Shown: positions 25,939 through 38,099, counted from the first letter of the stretch. The stretch is DNA of 64,000 bases from Mustelus asterias (GCF_964213995.1 NC_135808.1:63674001-63738000), one strand, 5' to 3'. Program-made: numbers and translations. The notes: a model not told the origin generated them from the letters alone.

Positions 25939-26669
25939 ACTGGTTAGCTGCATTGACCATGCTAAATTCTCCCTGAGTGTACCCGAAAAGGCGCTGGAGT
26001 GTGACGACCAGGGGATTTTCATTGCAGTGCAGTAAATCAACATGTGACACTAATAAATAAACTTTAAACTTCATTATTTCTCTACCTCCAACACGCCTGC
26101 TTGTCAAGGCTGGTTTCCCTCAGTCTCTCGACATTCTGTCTCCAGCCACTTCCAATCACACTTTCAAACTAGTAACCGTCAACTAAACGACTCGTAATTT
26201 TCTGTGATTTCAGCTCACTGAATTTCTATCGAGTGAACAAAAACACTACAAGGTTAGCTCTGTAGCACAAATCAAGTCCATTTGCTGGGGCCTCTTGGCT
26301 GCATAACATTATAATATTTACACTTGGTGAATCTGCTGTGTTAGAGCTGTAAACTGACAATAAGTGTACGGTACAAATAAAACACAACGGCTCCAGAAAT
26401 CAAAGGGAAGGCCAAATAGGCTGAAAACACTGGCTCATTTGTTTTACAAAGATAAACAGAAATAAAGGGTTTTTACTGTAAAGGATCATCCTGTAATCAT
26501 GTGTTGCAGTTTACATTTGTTGAAACTGGGTCTTGAAGTGACATTTTTATCGTCAAATACATGCACTATGATGTTTTGCTAGCATTCTGCAAGGAGTTTC
26601 CACCAATACCAATGTTATTGTCAATGATGTTGACTTTGCAAACAAAGCTAGTAATTAGACTGTGCCATA

Positions 26670-27935
26670 TCAGTTCCCCCACTTCCCCCATCCCCGCCGT
26701 GGAAAGGTTTGTTCAGAAAAACACCTTTGACCACAAGTCCGTCAGGCAGTGGTCTACACGCAACCTCCTCGAGGCCCTGAGGGAAAAGGAGATGGTGGAT
26801 CCTGTCAGATGGTTCCCTGAGCAGACTCTTAGAATCATTTAACAGAATGCCTTATCACCAGGCAAGCACCAAGACCGAACTTGGCTGGTGATGAGAAGGG
26901 TCCCTCCCTTTCAGATCTTTCATGCACACTGGAAGTCTCTAGGCCACAGCACAGTGGAGGGTTGGGGGGGTGGGGGAGGGGTGTGCGGTAGTCGGGTCTT
27001 CGGAAAGAAAGTCTGGAGAGACATGCAGTGGTTTTTGTAGAGGTTCACCCCAAGCAGTTCTGTGACGCAGAATTCTACTCTGCGGACTGCTCCTAGGGAC
27101 ACACACTGAGATAAACATCAACTGCTGCTGAATAATCATCAACTCAGTGACCGACATTCTTTGGTGTGCCCGAAACCTGTTGGTTTTCCTGTACAAAAGA
27201 TCGAGGGCCGTTATTTCCAGCCCCCTTGTGCTGTGATTTCCAGTGGTGAAGGTGACTCACGGTTGGCTATCATCAAAATCTTCCAGTCCTGCCAATGTCT
27301 ATGGCATTTGGCAAGGCTTGCCCATCCTGCTGCCTGGAAACCTGCCATGGGGACGGGGTCAACCTCGGCAGGACTGGAAGATCCTGCTGGCGAGATGGAC
27401 TGGAAAATCCCACCCTGAGTGGCACATTCCAAGGTCAAGGACTATGTGCTGAGGGAGGATGCACTCAAACTTGGGGCAGCCTTACAACCAATGTGTACAG
27501 AGTGGCTGGTAACCATGTCGAACCCCTTGGACAATTCTGTATATAGAATCCCTACAGTGCAGAAGGAGGCCATTCGGCCCATCAAGTCTGTACCAACTCT
27601 CTGACAGAGTATCTCTGACAGGCCCTCTGCCTTGCCCTAGCCCAGTAATGTTGTGAATTTACTATGGCAAATCCATCTAACCGACACAGACACGGGGAGA
27701 ACGTGCAAACTCCACACAGCAGTCACCCAAGCCAGAATTGAACCCAGGTGTCTGGTGCTGTGCTAACCACTCTGCCACCGTGTAAATGCAACTGTATTGA
27801 AGAAACTTAGGGTGCAATATGATCTATGTAGATAATTTGAATATCCTTACACTTTTCTGTTGTGACAATTTGAAATGTTTCGTAATGTTTTCTTTAGATG
27901 TTTTACAAATAAAGTATATTTCTGAAATAAAAAAC
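26670..27935 (+). mobile_element. Tx1/L1-clade LINE 3' remnant interrupted by a MITE and a SINE
   Basis: VERFVQKNTFDHKSVRQWSTRNLLEALREKEMVDPVRWFPEQ and AHSKVKDYVLREDALKLGAA; ends aataaagtatattt...aaaaa. Confidence 0.75.
27501..27682. repeat. inverted duplicate of 31633-31814
   Basis: Reverse-complement alignment. The ORF track shows WLVTMSNPLDNSV.RIPTVQKEAIR.IKSV.TL at both sites. Confidence 0.9.
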
Positions 27936-30669
27936 ACAAAGCAAGTTATATATAAAGAATACGAACACCCACAGATTTGAAATCTATAAATTAATCTTTT
28001 TATGGCTTGTATCAACTTCTACCACATCTCCTCATGCTCCTGATTCCCTGCTTGGGCACAGCTTGTGCATCGCTCTAGGCAACATTTATTGACATGTGAG
28101 CCTCAAGATTTAGCACCAGCACTTTCATCCATAAATCAAATGTACTGCACCTTGAAACTTGTTTACGTGAAAATACTTGGATCTGGAAACCAAAATGCAT
28201 ACACGATGCATGAATTTGCTTATAACCAGATGGGCTATCAAATTAATCCACAGTATAGCAGTTAAATAATCAGCAAAGTCTGATCATCAGTCATTGGATT
28301 AATATGCACTCCAAAAGCTGAGCGGGGCTAGGTAGATTGGCCATGTTAAATTGCCCCTGAGTGTGAGAAGGGTTAGCAGGGTAAATATGTGGGGATAGGG
28401 GCCTGGGTTGGATTTTTGTCAGTGCAGGCTTGATGGGTGAATGGCCTCCTTCTGCACTGTAGGGATTCTATGATTCTATGAATTGTTGATGTGAAGGATG
28501 CTCTTGATATTATGTAAATACAACCGAAGTTGACATCAAACCTGACTCCAGAATAAAGCCAAACAGCCTGGCATTGAAACACATAAGGGGAATGAGGTTT
28601 CTGTACATGTGTGATGTCCACTCAAATCACCAGAGAATGTTACTTTGTGCATTCCAGTGTACATACATATTTTAATTACTGCCGATCGACATTTTCGGCA
28701 CTGAAAATTAACTTTCACCAATATGGAATCTCATTCCTTCAGATTATGATTACTAGAGAGTTAAAAATAAATTTAGATACTTTATAACTTGCTATCTCTG
28801 CTGTCTTGGTCTCCCCATCCCATCTTCCCTCTCTTTATTTAGCTTTTTTTTCTACCTTGGTGTTGAATTAAATATTCCATTGGCAACAGTTTTTTATTTG
28901 ATTGGTTAAGGAGCTACGGTCAGGATTTCCTGGCTGCACGCACCCGAAGATCTGGAAATTCCTGTTCGAGCTCAACAGACCTTTACATGGTCACTGAATT
29001 TTCTGTTTCGCCCGCTATAATTCTCACGATGGGCGAGACGGGAGATTTTCGGCCACAGTTACTTGCCCCACGAGTCCCAGATTCCTCGTAGAGGGCATTG
29101 TACCAAAATGGCTTTCACTTCACTGCCAGTTCCAGTGCAAAAGCCGATAGTCAGTGGCCAAATGTCATTGTAATGAACGGCAAGTGCCATCGTTCACAAC
29201 TGACCGTGAATTCTGGCTCTTTGTGACATTTAATTGCAGTATTCCACATCCAGTCAGGAATGCTTTGGTTTAGTTTGTAAATTGTGTTTTTATGACCTCA
29301 CTCTGACTGTCGCCAATTGCTTTCCATATAAACAGGCAAACCCAACAGAGCTGTGTCAAATGATGTTGAGTAATTGTGTTGCATTTTACCCCAGTAATTC
29401 AAATGACTGTACGTAATTGACCATTGATGATCTGGGTACTTTGATAGAGCTTGTTCTTAGGTTGATGGATGACTGCAATTGTTGATGTGTAAGTTTAGCT
29501 ATTATCTTTTAATGTTTAGACATCCTTTTGACTTTTAGATAACAGTCTGAAGATGTGTTATAGTCTGAGCTAGCAGACATGTAGAGCAAATCTTTTTCAA
29601 TAGAGCTGTAGTTCACTTATTTTGCATACTTTATTGTTTTTACCCCCTCTTCTCTTATCTCGTATCTGTATCAGGAATCTGCATTTCATTATACTCCCGC
29701 TCTATCTAAAGTAAACACTGCAGCATTGGTTAGCGTCTTTCTTTATTTTTACATTCCCACATGATTTATTTTTAATACTGCCTGTATTCCTCTCAACTTG
29801 AAAACTTAAGTTACAAAATTCAACTGCATTTGTTGCAATGAAGAAAGATTAACTTTTGATTTCGAGATTGATACGTGAAGCTTGCTAAATTGAACATTTT
29901 CACAATCTAAGTCCAATCTGATTGACAGAGGAATTGCCAGTATTAACTAAAACATGCTTGAGTCAGGAGCAAAACTCTTGAAATTGGTTGGGTGGTAATT
30001 TGTTCAATCCTGTTTGAAATTGTGGTGCGCTATCCTCAATTTAAACTTTGAGGAAACAAGTTTTGATAAGTGGAGATTTTAGAACAGTTTCATTTATTCT
30101 TTCATGGGATGTGGGCATCACGGACACTGACAAGGGCAGCATTTGTTGTCCATCCCTAATTGCCCTTGAACTGAGTGCCTGCTAACCAGCTGCCATGGTG
30201 GGTTTCAAACCAATGTCCCTCAGAAGCTCGGGCCTCTGGATTACTAGTCCAGTGACATTACCCTTGCGCCACCATCTCTTATGAACTTCACCTTGAGAAG
30301 CTATGAAATCTTGTCTTACCCAAGGTGGGCCTTAACTTTCATTGTTTTATTTGCACTAAATGACAAATCCCTAAAATCATCAGGTTTCAATAGTTGTCGC
30401 TACCGTTATATATAGCCTTTTGGATCTTCATTGTCAATGTTAACCATAGATTGACAAGTTGCCAGGTATTACACTGTAGAGAATCTGAATTATTATTAAT
30501 GCAGTTGATTAATGACTCAGACACAATAATGGTTTTCCCAATTCGACCCCTTCCCTTATGCTGTTGACTCTTCCCTGAGCAATTAGTACTTACATTAGTT
30601 TTTGCAGAATATATTTTATCCTGAATTGCAACTTAAAAAGCAAAGTATTTGGCAATGAGTCTTCCAAAG

Positions 30670-31035
30670 ATTATTGGATTTGTGGATAAGACCAGAGGAT
30701 TGGAAGATGCTACAATTTAAAACTATTAATCAAGTGGCGGAAGAGACAACTCAATTCTTATAGGCTGGTGAGTTTTGTCAGTTATGGAGAAATTGCTGCA
30801 ATCCATCATCAGAGAGACGAATTAAAGAGTTGAAAAGGTTTGGACTGATTAGAGAGAGGTGGGATGGTTTTATGAAGGTTTTGTCTAGCTAACCTAATAG
30901 AGATCTTCAACAATCATTGAGGCGTTGGACGGAAGACGAATGGATGTCATGTACATGGATGTTCAAAGCTGATTTGTTATGGTTCCACATAATGGATTGC
31001 TAGCTAAAACTGAAACCTGTGGCATTGGTGATAAC
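30670..31035 (+). mobile_element. old CR1 reverse-transcriptase fragment
   Basis: Degenerate PEDWKM, YRLVS, MEKLLQSIIR, MDVMYMD and VPHNGLLAK motifs. Confidence 0.7.
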
Positions 31036-31091
31036 CAATTTCGTACCCATGACACAAAGCTGAGATAGAAAGCAAGACTTTTCGATATAGT

Positions 31092-31380
31092 TTAACTTTA
31101 TTTATTATTGTCACAAATAGGCTTACATTAACACTGCAATGAAGTTACTGTGAAAATCCCCCAGTCGCCACACTCCGTCGCCTGTTCGGGTACACTGAGA
31201 GAGAGATTAGCATGGCCAATGCATATAACCAGTACGTCTTTTGGACTGTGGGAGGAAGCCGGAACACCCGGAGGAAACCCACGCAGAAAAGGGGAGAACG
31301 TACACGCTAAGCACAAACAGCGACCCAAGCTGGGAATTGAACCCAGGATCCAGGCGCTGTGAGGCAGCAGTGCTAACCAC
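31092..31380 (-). mobile_element. alternative-tail SINE with slightly truncated head
   Basis: Reverse complement of the family; ends at gctaaccac. Confidence 0.85.
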
Positions 31381-31571
31381 TAACGAACGCAAGAGATTCT
31401 TCCTGAAAGGTATACGATATCCCTCAAAGGTCATGCTCATGATAATTGACTACTGGCTGTAACGAATTGTGAAAGGAGATTGAAAATTGCAGAAGAACAA
31501 TGAACAGTTAAACACAATGTACACAATGGTGGTAGAGGCAGTTTAGCATAGTGTAAGGTGCTACACAATAT

Positions 31572-31877
31572 GGGTGGGATTTTCCAGCCACATTCACCTC
31601 AAAACCAGAAAGTCCCACCCGAGGTCTACGTAGGTTAGATGGATTTGCTATAGTAAATTCACAACATTACGTTGCTAGGGCAAGGCAGAGGGCCTCGGTA
31701 AGATACTCTGTCAGAGAGTTAGTACAGACTTGATGGACCGAATGGCCTCCTTCTGCACTGTAGGGATTCTCATTACAGAATTGTCCAATGGGTTCGACAT
31801 GGTTACCAGCCACTTTGCATGGTCCGTGTCCTGCCTGCTACGATTCCTATGGCAACTGGGACAGGAAAATTCCACCC
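31572..31877. mobile_element. Harbinger-type MITE carrying a 182-bp captured insert
   Basis: TIRs gggtgggattttcc / ggaaaattccaccc, TSD tat. An uninterrupted relative lies at about 52523-52641. Confidence 0.8.
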
Positions 31878-32327
31878 TATATGTGAGAATGACAGATGAG
31901 GGAGTGCTGAGTTGGCAGATTAAGTGCACAATTCATCAAAAAGACAAATGAGATTGACTCCAACACAAATATAGAATGTAAAAGTAAGAAGGCATTACTG
32001 CAATTTTACACAGCAATTGAGTGACCTGGAATATTGCATTTAATTTTGGGTGCTTCAGCTCAGGAAAATGATACTGGCTTGTAACAATTCACCAGCATAC
32101 AATACCGATGAATTTATGATAAGTTTGGGATGTTTTTCCTAGAGGTTAAGTAGCAATTTTAGTGCGAGAATCCCGAATAAGTGCCGAGGCTCTTGGAATT
32201 CAAGCAAAGTTCATCAAAAGTGGCCCCAGGAAAAGCTTCCATGTTTGGGATTTCAGAATGTGGAATGCACCTGCAGCTTCAGGAGACCACAGACACAAAT
32301 TGAATTGAGCTGCTTTGGAGACCCAAG

Positions 32328-32635
32328 GTGGCACGGTGGCACAGTGGTTAGCACTGCTGCCTCACAGCGCCAGGGACCGGCGTTCAATTCCTGGTATGGG
32401 TCACTGTCTATGTGGAGTCTGCCACATTCTCCCTGTGTCTGTGTGGGTTTCCTCCGTGCGCTCCGGTTTCCTCCCACAGTCTGAAAGACGTGCTGGTTTG
32501 GTACATCGGTCATGCTAAATTCTCCCTCAGTGTACCTGAACAGGTGCCAGGGTGTGGTGACTAGGGGATTTTCACAGTAATTTCATTGCAGTGTTACTGT
32601 TAGCCGACTTGTAACACTAATAACTAAACTTACAC
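32328..32635 (+). mobile_element. alternative-tail SINE
   Basis: Same family as 9164-9432. Confidence 0.85.
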
Positions 32636-32859
32636 TTGAGAAATGAGAGTATTATAAATGGGGAGAAATAGGAAGAAACTGGGATTTAAAAATGGAAACT
32701 AACAACAATGGTTCAATAGGGCTGACGAATTTGATGGCATATTCCATAGTACCTCCTGTGCAAAGTTTCTGAAAAAGCAGTGTGTGGAATTTTTTTGAGC
32801 CAAGTAATAGGGAATAGGGCCTGGGTGGGATTGTGGTCGGTGCAGATTGGATGGGCCGA

Positions 32860-33350
32860 ATGGAGACACTGGAAAAAGTGCAAAGGAGATTTACCAGGAT
32901 GCTGCCTGGTTTGGAGGGTAGGTCTTATGAGGAAAGGTTGAGGGAACTTGGCCTTTTCTCTTTGGAGCGGAGGAGGTTGAGAGGAGACTTGATAGAGGTT
33001 TATAAGATGATGAGGGGGATAGATAGAGTGAACATTCAAAGACTATTTCCTCGGGTGAATGGAGCGGTAACTAGGGGGCATAACTATAGGGTTCATGGTG
33101 GGAGATACAGGAAGGATGTCCGAGGTAGGTTTTTTACTCAGAGAGTGGTTGGGGTGTGGAATGGACTGCCTGCAGGGATAGTGGAGTCAGAAACTTTAGG
33201 AACATTTAAGAAGCTATTGGATAGGCACATGGAGTACTTCGGGATGATAGGGAGGAAATAGCTTGATCTGGGTTTCAGACAAAGCTCGGCACAACATCGT
33301 GGGCCGAAGGGCCTGTTCTGTGCTGTACTGTTCTATGTTCGATGTTCTAT
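32860..33350 (+). mobile_element. 5'-truncated CR1/HER1 LINE nested in an HE1 SINE tail (32807-33377)
   Basis: ORF reads LEKVQRRFTRMLPG...FFTQRVVGVWNGLP with the CR1 tail; SINE tail sequence resumes at ctgcattatagggattctatg. Confidence 0.92.
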
Positions 33351-33451
33351 CTGCATTATAGGGATTCTATGATTCTAGTTAGTTTTCCTTCGTGCTATCT
33401 GAAAGGGATCTAGTTTTGATTCTGCTAGTTTGAAACAGCTGATTTTGTCAG

Positions 33452-34573
33452 CTAATTCCTTCTCTTGGATTTTTCCCTTTTTCCTGTCTCCCTCTGTTGC
33501 CTTGAATTGTTTGCTTTTCCTCTTCTCTTCACCGGAGCTTCTAAAATTTCGACGGTTTCAGTTAATTGAATGTTGTGTGGTAATGGGGTTGCTGGTGGTT
33601 TCCAATTGGATGTGTTGGGCATGTTCAGATGTCTCACCACATTCTTCGGTTTCATGTTCTGTTGTTGAAGTGGGTGCATGTACAAAGGCAAAGCCAACTT
33701 GTTTGGAAGATCGATGTAAGGTTGGTACGGTTGGGGTGGAGCTATTAACGCCATTCTATTCACAATTGGCAGTGGTGCTTGCGAAATAGGATACAAGTCC
33801 ACATCCCTTGGCTTAAGGTATCGCTTTTGATGTTTCTTTGCTCGGGGTGCGACATCTATGTAAGAAGGGTTAACTCCAGTGATGGCAGCTATCTGATGGG
33901 CATTGCTCAGGTCTGCAAAAGCTCGCTCAGGCAGAACTGGGTTGTAAAGCGTTGTCCGAGGCACACCGTTCACAAACTTATGAAGGATTGTCAGCCATGT
34001 CTCACTGCTGATGGGATTGAGGGTAACCCTTGGCCAAAGTGAAGCCAAGCTGTGGAGAGCTTCTCTATTCCATCCAGATTCAGAAAAATGATCATCAGTA
34101 TGATAGAGCGCAGAGAAATAAATGTCCAACCTCGTGCTGGGATAGTTTACCAAGAAATCACACATTTTGTTTATACAGTAGTGGGGTCTTTCATTGCACG
34201 GGGTGTAATTGGAATAGATGGTTATGTAAGCAATATTTTCATAGGAGTACAAAAGTGTCTCTAGATAGCCATCTATATCAAAGAAGATAGCTTCTGGATG
34301 AAGATGATATGAAGTACAGTTAGTTACTTGTCCTTTCTGCACTAAGGTACCAGATGATAACTTGAGCTCATAGAAGACCAGATGCCTGCCACTCTGTAGT
34401 TGAGCATAGGGAAACCCAAAGCTTTCATAAAATTCAATGTAGGAAACACGTGCTTCTTCCCCTGTCTTGATGTGATAAGGACATTTTGGACAGCTTTCAG
34501 TGAAATACAGCCAGTAGTAAGGTTTCACCAGTGTGCCCTGAGGAGCAATATATTCTTCATAAACGGCAGTCAT
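33452..34573 (-). CDS. APOBEC4: APOBEC4 (AID/APOBEC family cytidine deaminase-like protein), complete 373-aa CDS in one exon
   Basis: Uninterrupted ORF. It has the N-terminal VKPYYW/CPKCPYHIKTGEEARV block, zinc-binding H92-P-E94 and P-C126-x6-C133 (six-residue Cys spacing is typical of APOBEC4), and C-terminal PKNVVRHLNMP. An in-frame TGA upstream fixes the ATG (gccatcATG). Splice acceptor ttctctttcag lies 75 nt upstream, so the exon starts at 34648. Confidence 0.96.
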   Translation of the reverse strand: MTAVYEEYIAPQGTLVKPYYWLYFTESCPKCPYHIKTGEEARVSYIEFYESFGFPYAQLQSGRHLVFYELKLSSGTLVQKGQVTNCTSYHLHPEAIFFDIDGYLETLLYSYENIAYITIYSNYTPCNERPHYCINKMCDFLVNYPSTRLDIYFSALYHTDDHFSESGWNREALHSLASLWPRVTLNPISSETWLTILHKFVNGVPRTTLYNPVLPERAFADLSNAHQIAAITGVNPSYIDVAPRAKKHQKRYLKPRDVDLYPISQAPLPIVNRMALIAPPQPYQPYIDLPNKLALPLYMHPLQQQNMKPKNVVRHLNMPNTSNWKPPATPLPHNIQLTETVEILEAPVKRRGKANNSRQQRETGKREKSKRRN

Positions 34574-34648
34574 GATGGCTGGTTCATCTCCACATTTGGA
34601 GAGTATAATTTCATTGCACCATCATAATCCTTTAAGGATAATGTATTC
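34574..34648 (-). promoter_or_regulatory. 5' UTR part of the APOBEC4 coding exon, with short upstream ORFs
   Basis: Lies between the polypyrimidine/AG acceptor (AG at 34650-34649) and the main ATG; contains five upstream ATGs. Confidence 0.65.
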
Positions 34649-36250
34649 CTGAAAGAGAAGTTAAAATGGGTGCTGATTATTTACAGAAAGGTGGTTTTAC
34701 AGGGACCATGTAAGAAGGAAAAACAGTCAATGTTCCAAATTTAGAATAAAAGTAGACAATGGAAACTCAAACCTTCGGCAGGATTCTCCGGCCTCCCAAC
34801 CACGTGTTTCCCGCCCAGCAGGAGGTGGTGCGTTGTTTGCTAGTGGCAGGATTCTCTGGTCCTGCCGCTATCAGTGGAAATTCCCCTTGACACCACCCCC
34901 ACGCCGGTGGGAAACCACGGGCAGGAGTGCGCTGCCGGCAGGACCGGAGAATCCTGCCGGCATGAACGGCAAGAGGATTCTGGCCCTTCTGTCAGAATGC
35001 CTTCTTTTAAAATTATTTCAGGTTTTGAATCTTTCTGTTTCAGATTTCCAGCATTTGCAATATTTCTTTTTGTATTGGCCATAAATAACAGATAGTTATT
35101 AATAATTTCAATAGGGAAATTAGAAATTTCTTTACTTAGTGATTATAATGTGGGACTTACTTCCACAGGAAGTGGTTTATGCAAAGAGCTTGGATGCTTT
35201 CACAATGGAGCAAGAAGAGAGGAAAAGAATACAAAGATATATTAGATGGAATTGGAGGAGATTATTAATAGTACAAAAAATTAGTTGGGCTGAATGGCCT
35301 GTTTCTGTGCTGTAATAGGGAGCCCGGGACAGAACCTGTCCAGAGATGAGACTATTATTGTAGCAAATTTATTAAGTACTAACAACACCAAATGAAAATA
35401 ACATCATGTGCATTCACACATGATGACATTGGGATAAAATGTCTCCATGATTTTTCAATCTACCTATTTCGGTGAGTTGGAATTTTATTTTTTGAATGGA
35501 CATTTTTCCCTTCCTCTCTGCCGTTTGAATATTTTAGCCCCTTTCACTAGGTTTAGCTTGTATGAGTGCCAGTTACACTCGGTATGTTGCCCAAGTGACC
35601 TTTGTATTCATTCACCTGTGAGGCTTCACGTTAAACGTCAGGAGATAATTAACCCATTTTTAGATGTCCTAACTTAGTCTGATTTCTCCTCTTCTCTCCA
35701 AGGCACAAAGGGCACTGAAGGGGATGAGAAGCTGTTTGACTGGGTGTGATGATTGGAGGTAGTGTGGTGAAACCTTCAGGAATACTTGCAATCAGAGTTG
35801 GCAACCTTTAGGTTCACCTCTGTTGAGAGAAATTTAATGAGCGATCGATGGCCATGTTATTTTTAAATGGAGACTTGCATCCACAAATGTGAGCTGTAGC
35901 AAGAAGAATTAGTTTCATCAACCGGAGTTTCTAATGCCATGTTCCAGCAGCGAAATGCAAAATGAGAAAAACAAATTGGTAGCAAAACTAATGCAAACAT
36001 ATGTTTTATTGCTGGAGTAAAATCTAGCTAGGCTTCTAGCTAGAAATAAATCATTTCAGCTGTGCTGCATAAATATCACTCAATGTGTTGAATCTCAAGT
36101 GCAGCACTAAAGCCTAGAGTCATTATAAATAAATTCCTGTGAATCTATCATGATCTGAATATGAAGCTGTCGAATACAGAGTTAGAATGATAGGCTTAGG
36201 CCTGAAGGTGGAAATGTAAATTATCCAGCGTGTATGTTTTAAGTGTTTAC

Positions 36251-36450
36251 CTGTAACCTGGAGACCCAGCTAAGCTTCATTAACCTGTTTTCCTGGCACT
36301 TGTTGTCTTTTCGATTTATCTGAAATATGAAGTGTATTCCAAATGTTGGACTTCTCTTGGTGTAACCCTACAGTAGATCTTGCGAACGTGTTTTTCTTTC
36401 ACCTCTGCTTCTGTCCATTTGCCGGGGAAGTTGTTTTGTTAGTGAGTTGT
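36251..36450 (-). other. candidate non-coding first exon of APOBEC4 (5' boundary unknown)
   Basis: Minus-strand donor CAG|gtaaac at 36251/36250 in repeat-free sequence 1.6 kb upstream of the acceptor. Human APOBEC4 has a two-exon layout. No transcript evidence. Confidence 0.3.
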
Positions 36451-37290
36451 TAGCGAGGGTGGGGCAGCTTTTGTTTATGAGCGAAGGGAATGGATAATGA
36501 ACTCCATGGCAATGAGACTTTGTGCTAGGTTACAGTTCCTCGCGTAGAGGGTTTGTACATTTCTGGCAGGTTTCCTTAACCTAATTAAGTCATCATCATA
36601 AGACCACAGTGTTGCCACTGCTTGCATCATTGAGTATTTCAAAACTGTAATGATAAGACAAAATGCCACATTGTACGCGACAAGGTTCACTGAATGATAT
36701 GTGTGTATTTAAATGTTATGGATGGCTGGCTGACTGCCAGTTACGAAGGATTGCGCAAATTAAGGGATTGTGAGAAATAATGAGAACAAAGGTTTGAGTG
36801 GGTTTCATCTTGAGCTTGAAGATTTCAATTCCTCCATTGTTTCCCTGCTGGGTCATTCGGTTTTGCTATTCAAATACGGCAACCGATCTGCTGTCGCTCA
36901 GGGTGAGTCAGAGGATTTGTTAAAGTGTGACAGCAAGTGGTGTGCTTCCAAGAGACTTGTGCCATGTACAAGAATTTTATTACTGATAAATCATTACTAA
37001 AGCTAGTTTTAAATTGGTTAGTGGTGCTGGCTGTATGTAGCTTTTTGGTGCTATTGCTCAATCACTTGGAAGTGTAATTAGTAAAGTAATGAGCAGTGTT
37101 GGACTTGGTGATGCACATTATCAGGCAAAGTGGATTCTGGTAATTCTGCATGGAAGTTACAGACTACAGAGTGATTTTATGTACGCATATTCAGATTTAT
37201 TTCCACATATAATCCAGGTGGGATCCTTACAACCACAGAAAAAAAGTACAGGAAAAGACAACCTGGTCCATCAAGTCTGCCCTACACCAT

Positions 37291-37825
37291 GATTTGATTT
37301 GATTTATTATTGTCACATGAATTGAGATACAGTGAAAAATGTTGTTTTTTGCGAGCTCTACAGCCAAAACATACTATTCATAAAGTACATAGGGGAGAAG
37401 GAAAGGAGGGGGTACAGAATATAGTGTTGCTGTTCCCAATAGGGTGAGGAGAAAGATCAACTTAATATATCATAGGGCCATTCAAAAGTCTGATGGCAGC
37501 AGGGAAGAAGCTGTTTTTGAGTCTGTTGGTACATGTTTTCAGACTTTTGCAACTTTTTCCTGATGGAAGAAGGTGGAAGAAAGTATGCCTGGGGTGCGTG
37601 TGGTTCTTGATTATGCTGGCTGCTTTCCTGAGGCAGCGGGAAGTGTAGACAGAATCAGTGGATGGGTGGCTCGTTTTCGTGATTGACTCAGTTACATTCA
37701 CAACTCTTTGTAGTTTTTCGTGGTCTTGGTCAGAGCAGGAGCCATATCAAGCTGTGATACATCTGGAAAGGATGCTTTCTATGGTACATCTGTAAAAATT
37801 AGTGAGAGTCTTAGTGGCTATGCCA
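37291..37825 (-). mobile_element. Rex1/Babar-like LINE 3' end
   Basis: KAASIIKNHTHPRHTFFHLLPSGKSCKSLKTCTNRLKNSFFPAAIRLLN; tail tgtgacaataataaatcaaatcaaatc. Confidence 0.78.
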
Positions 37826-38099
37826 TAGCCTCCATGATGGCTGGAACATCATGACTATACATTTCCTCCTTTACCTACCACCTTTTATGGGCATGTAATT
37901 TACAAGAGGAGTCAAAAGAAAACATGGCCAGTAGGGAAACAAAATAATCTGGAAAATTCTTCCCTGACCCGCAGTTGATCAAAACCAGTCCATGAAACCA
38001 CACGGGCCAAGTACCAGCTATCAAAAACACATGTCTTCTTGGTTATGTGATCTCCGTCCTAGTCAATAACTAGTCTAGAAACCTCCTGAAGGCAAGCAG

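Noticed and set aside
33430-34290. Plus-strand ORFs overlapping APOBEC4
   Set aside because: Antisense shadows of the real CDS with no independent support.
36240-36540. Possible RFX X-box and forkhead sites upstream of APOBEC4
   Set aside because: Only partial, short matches expected by chance.
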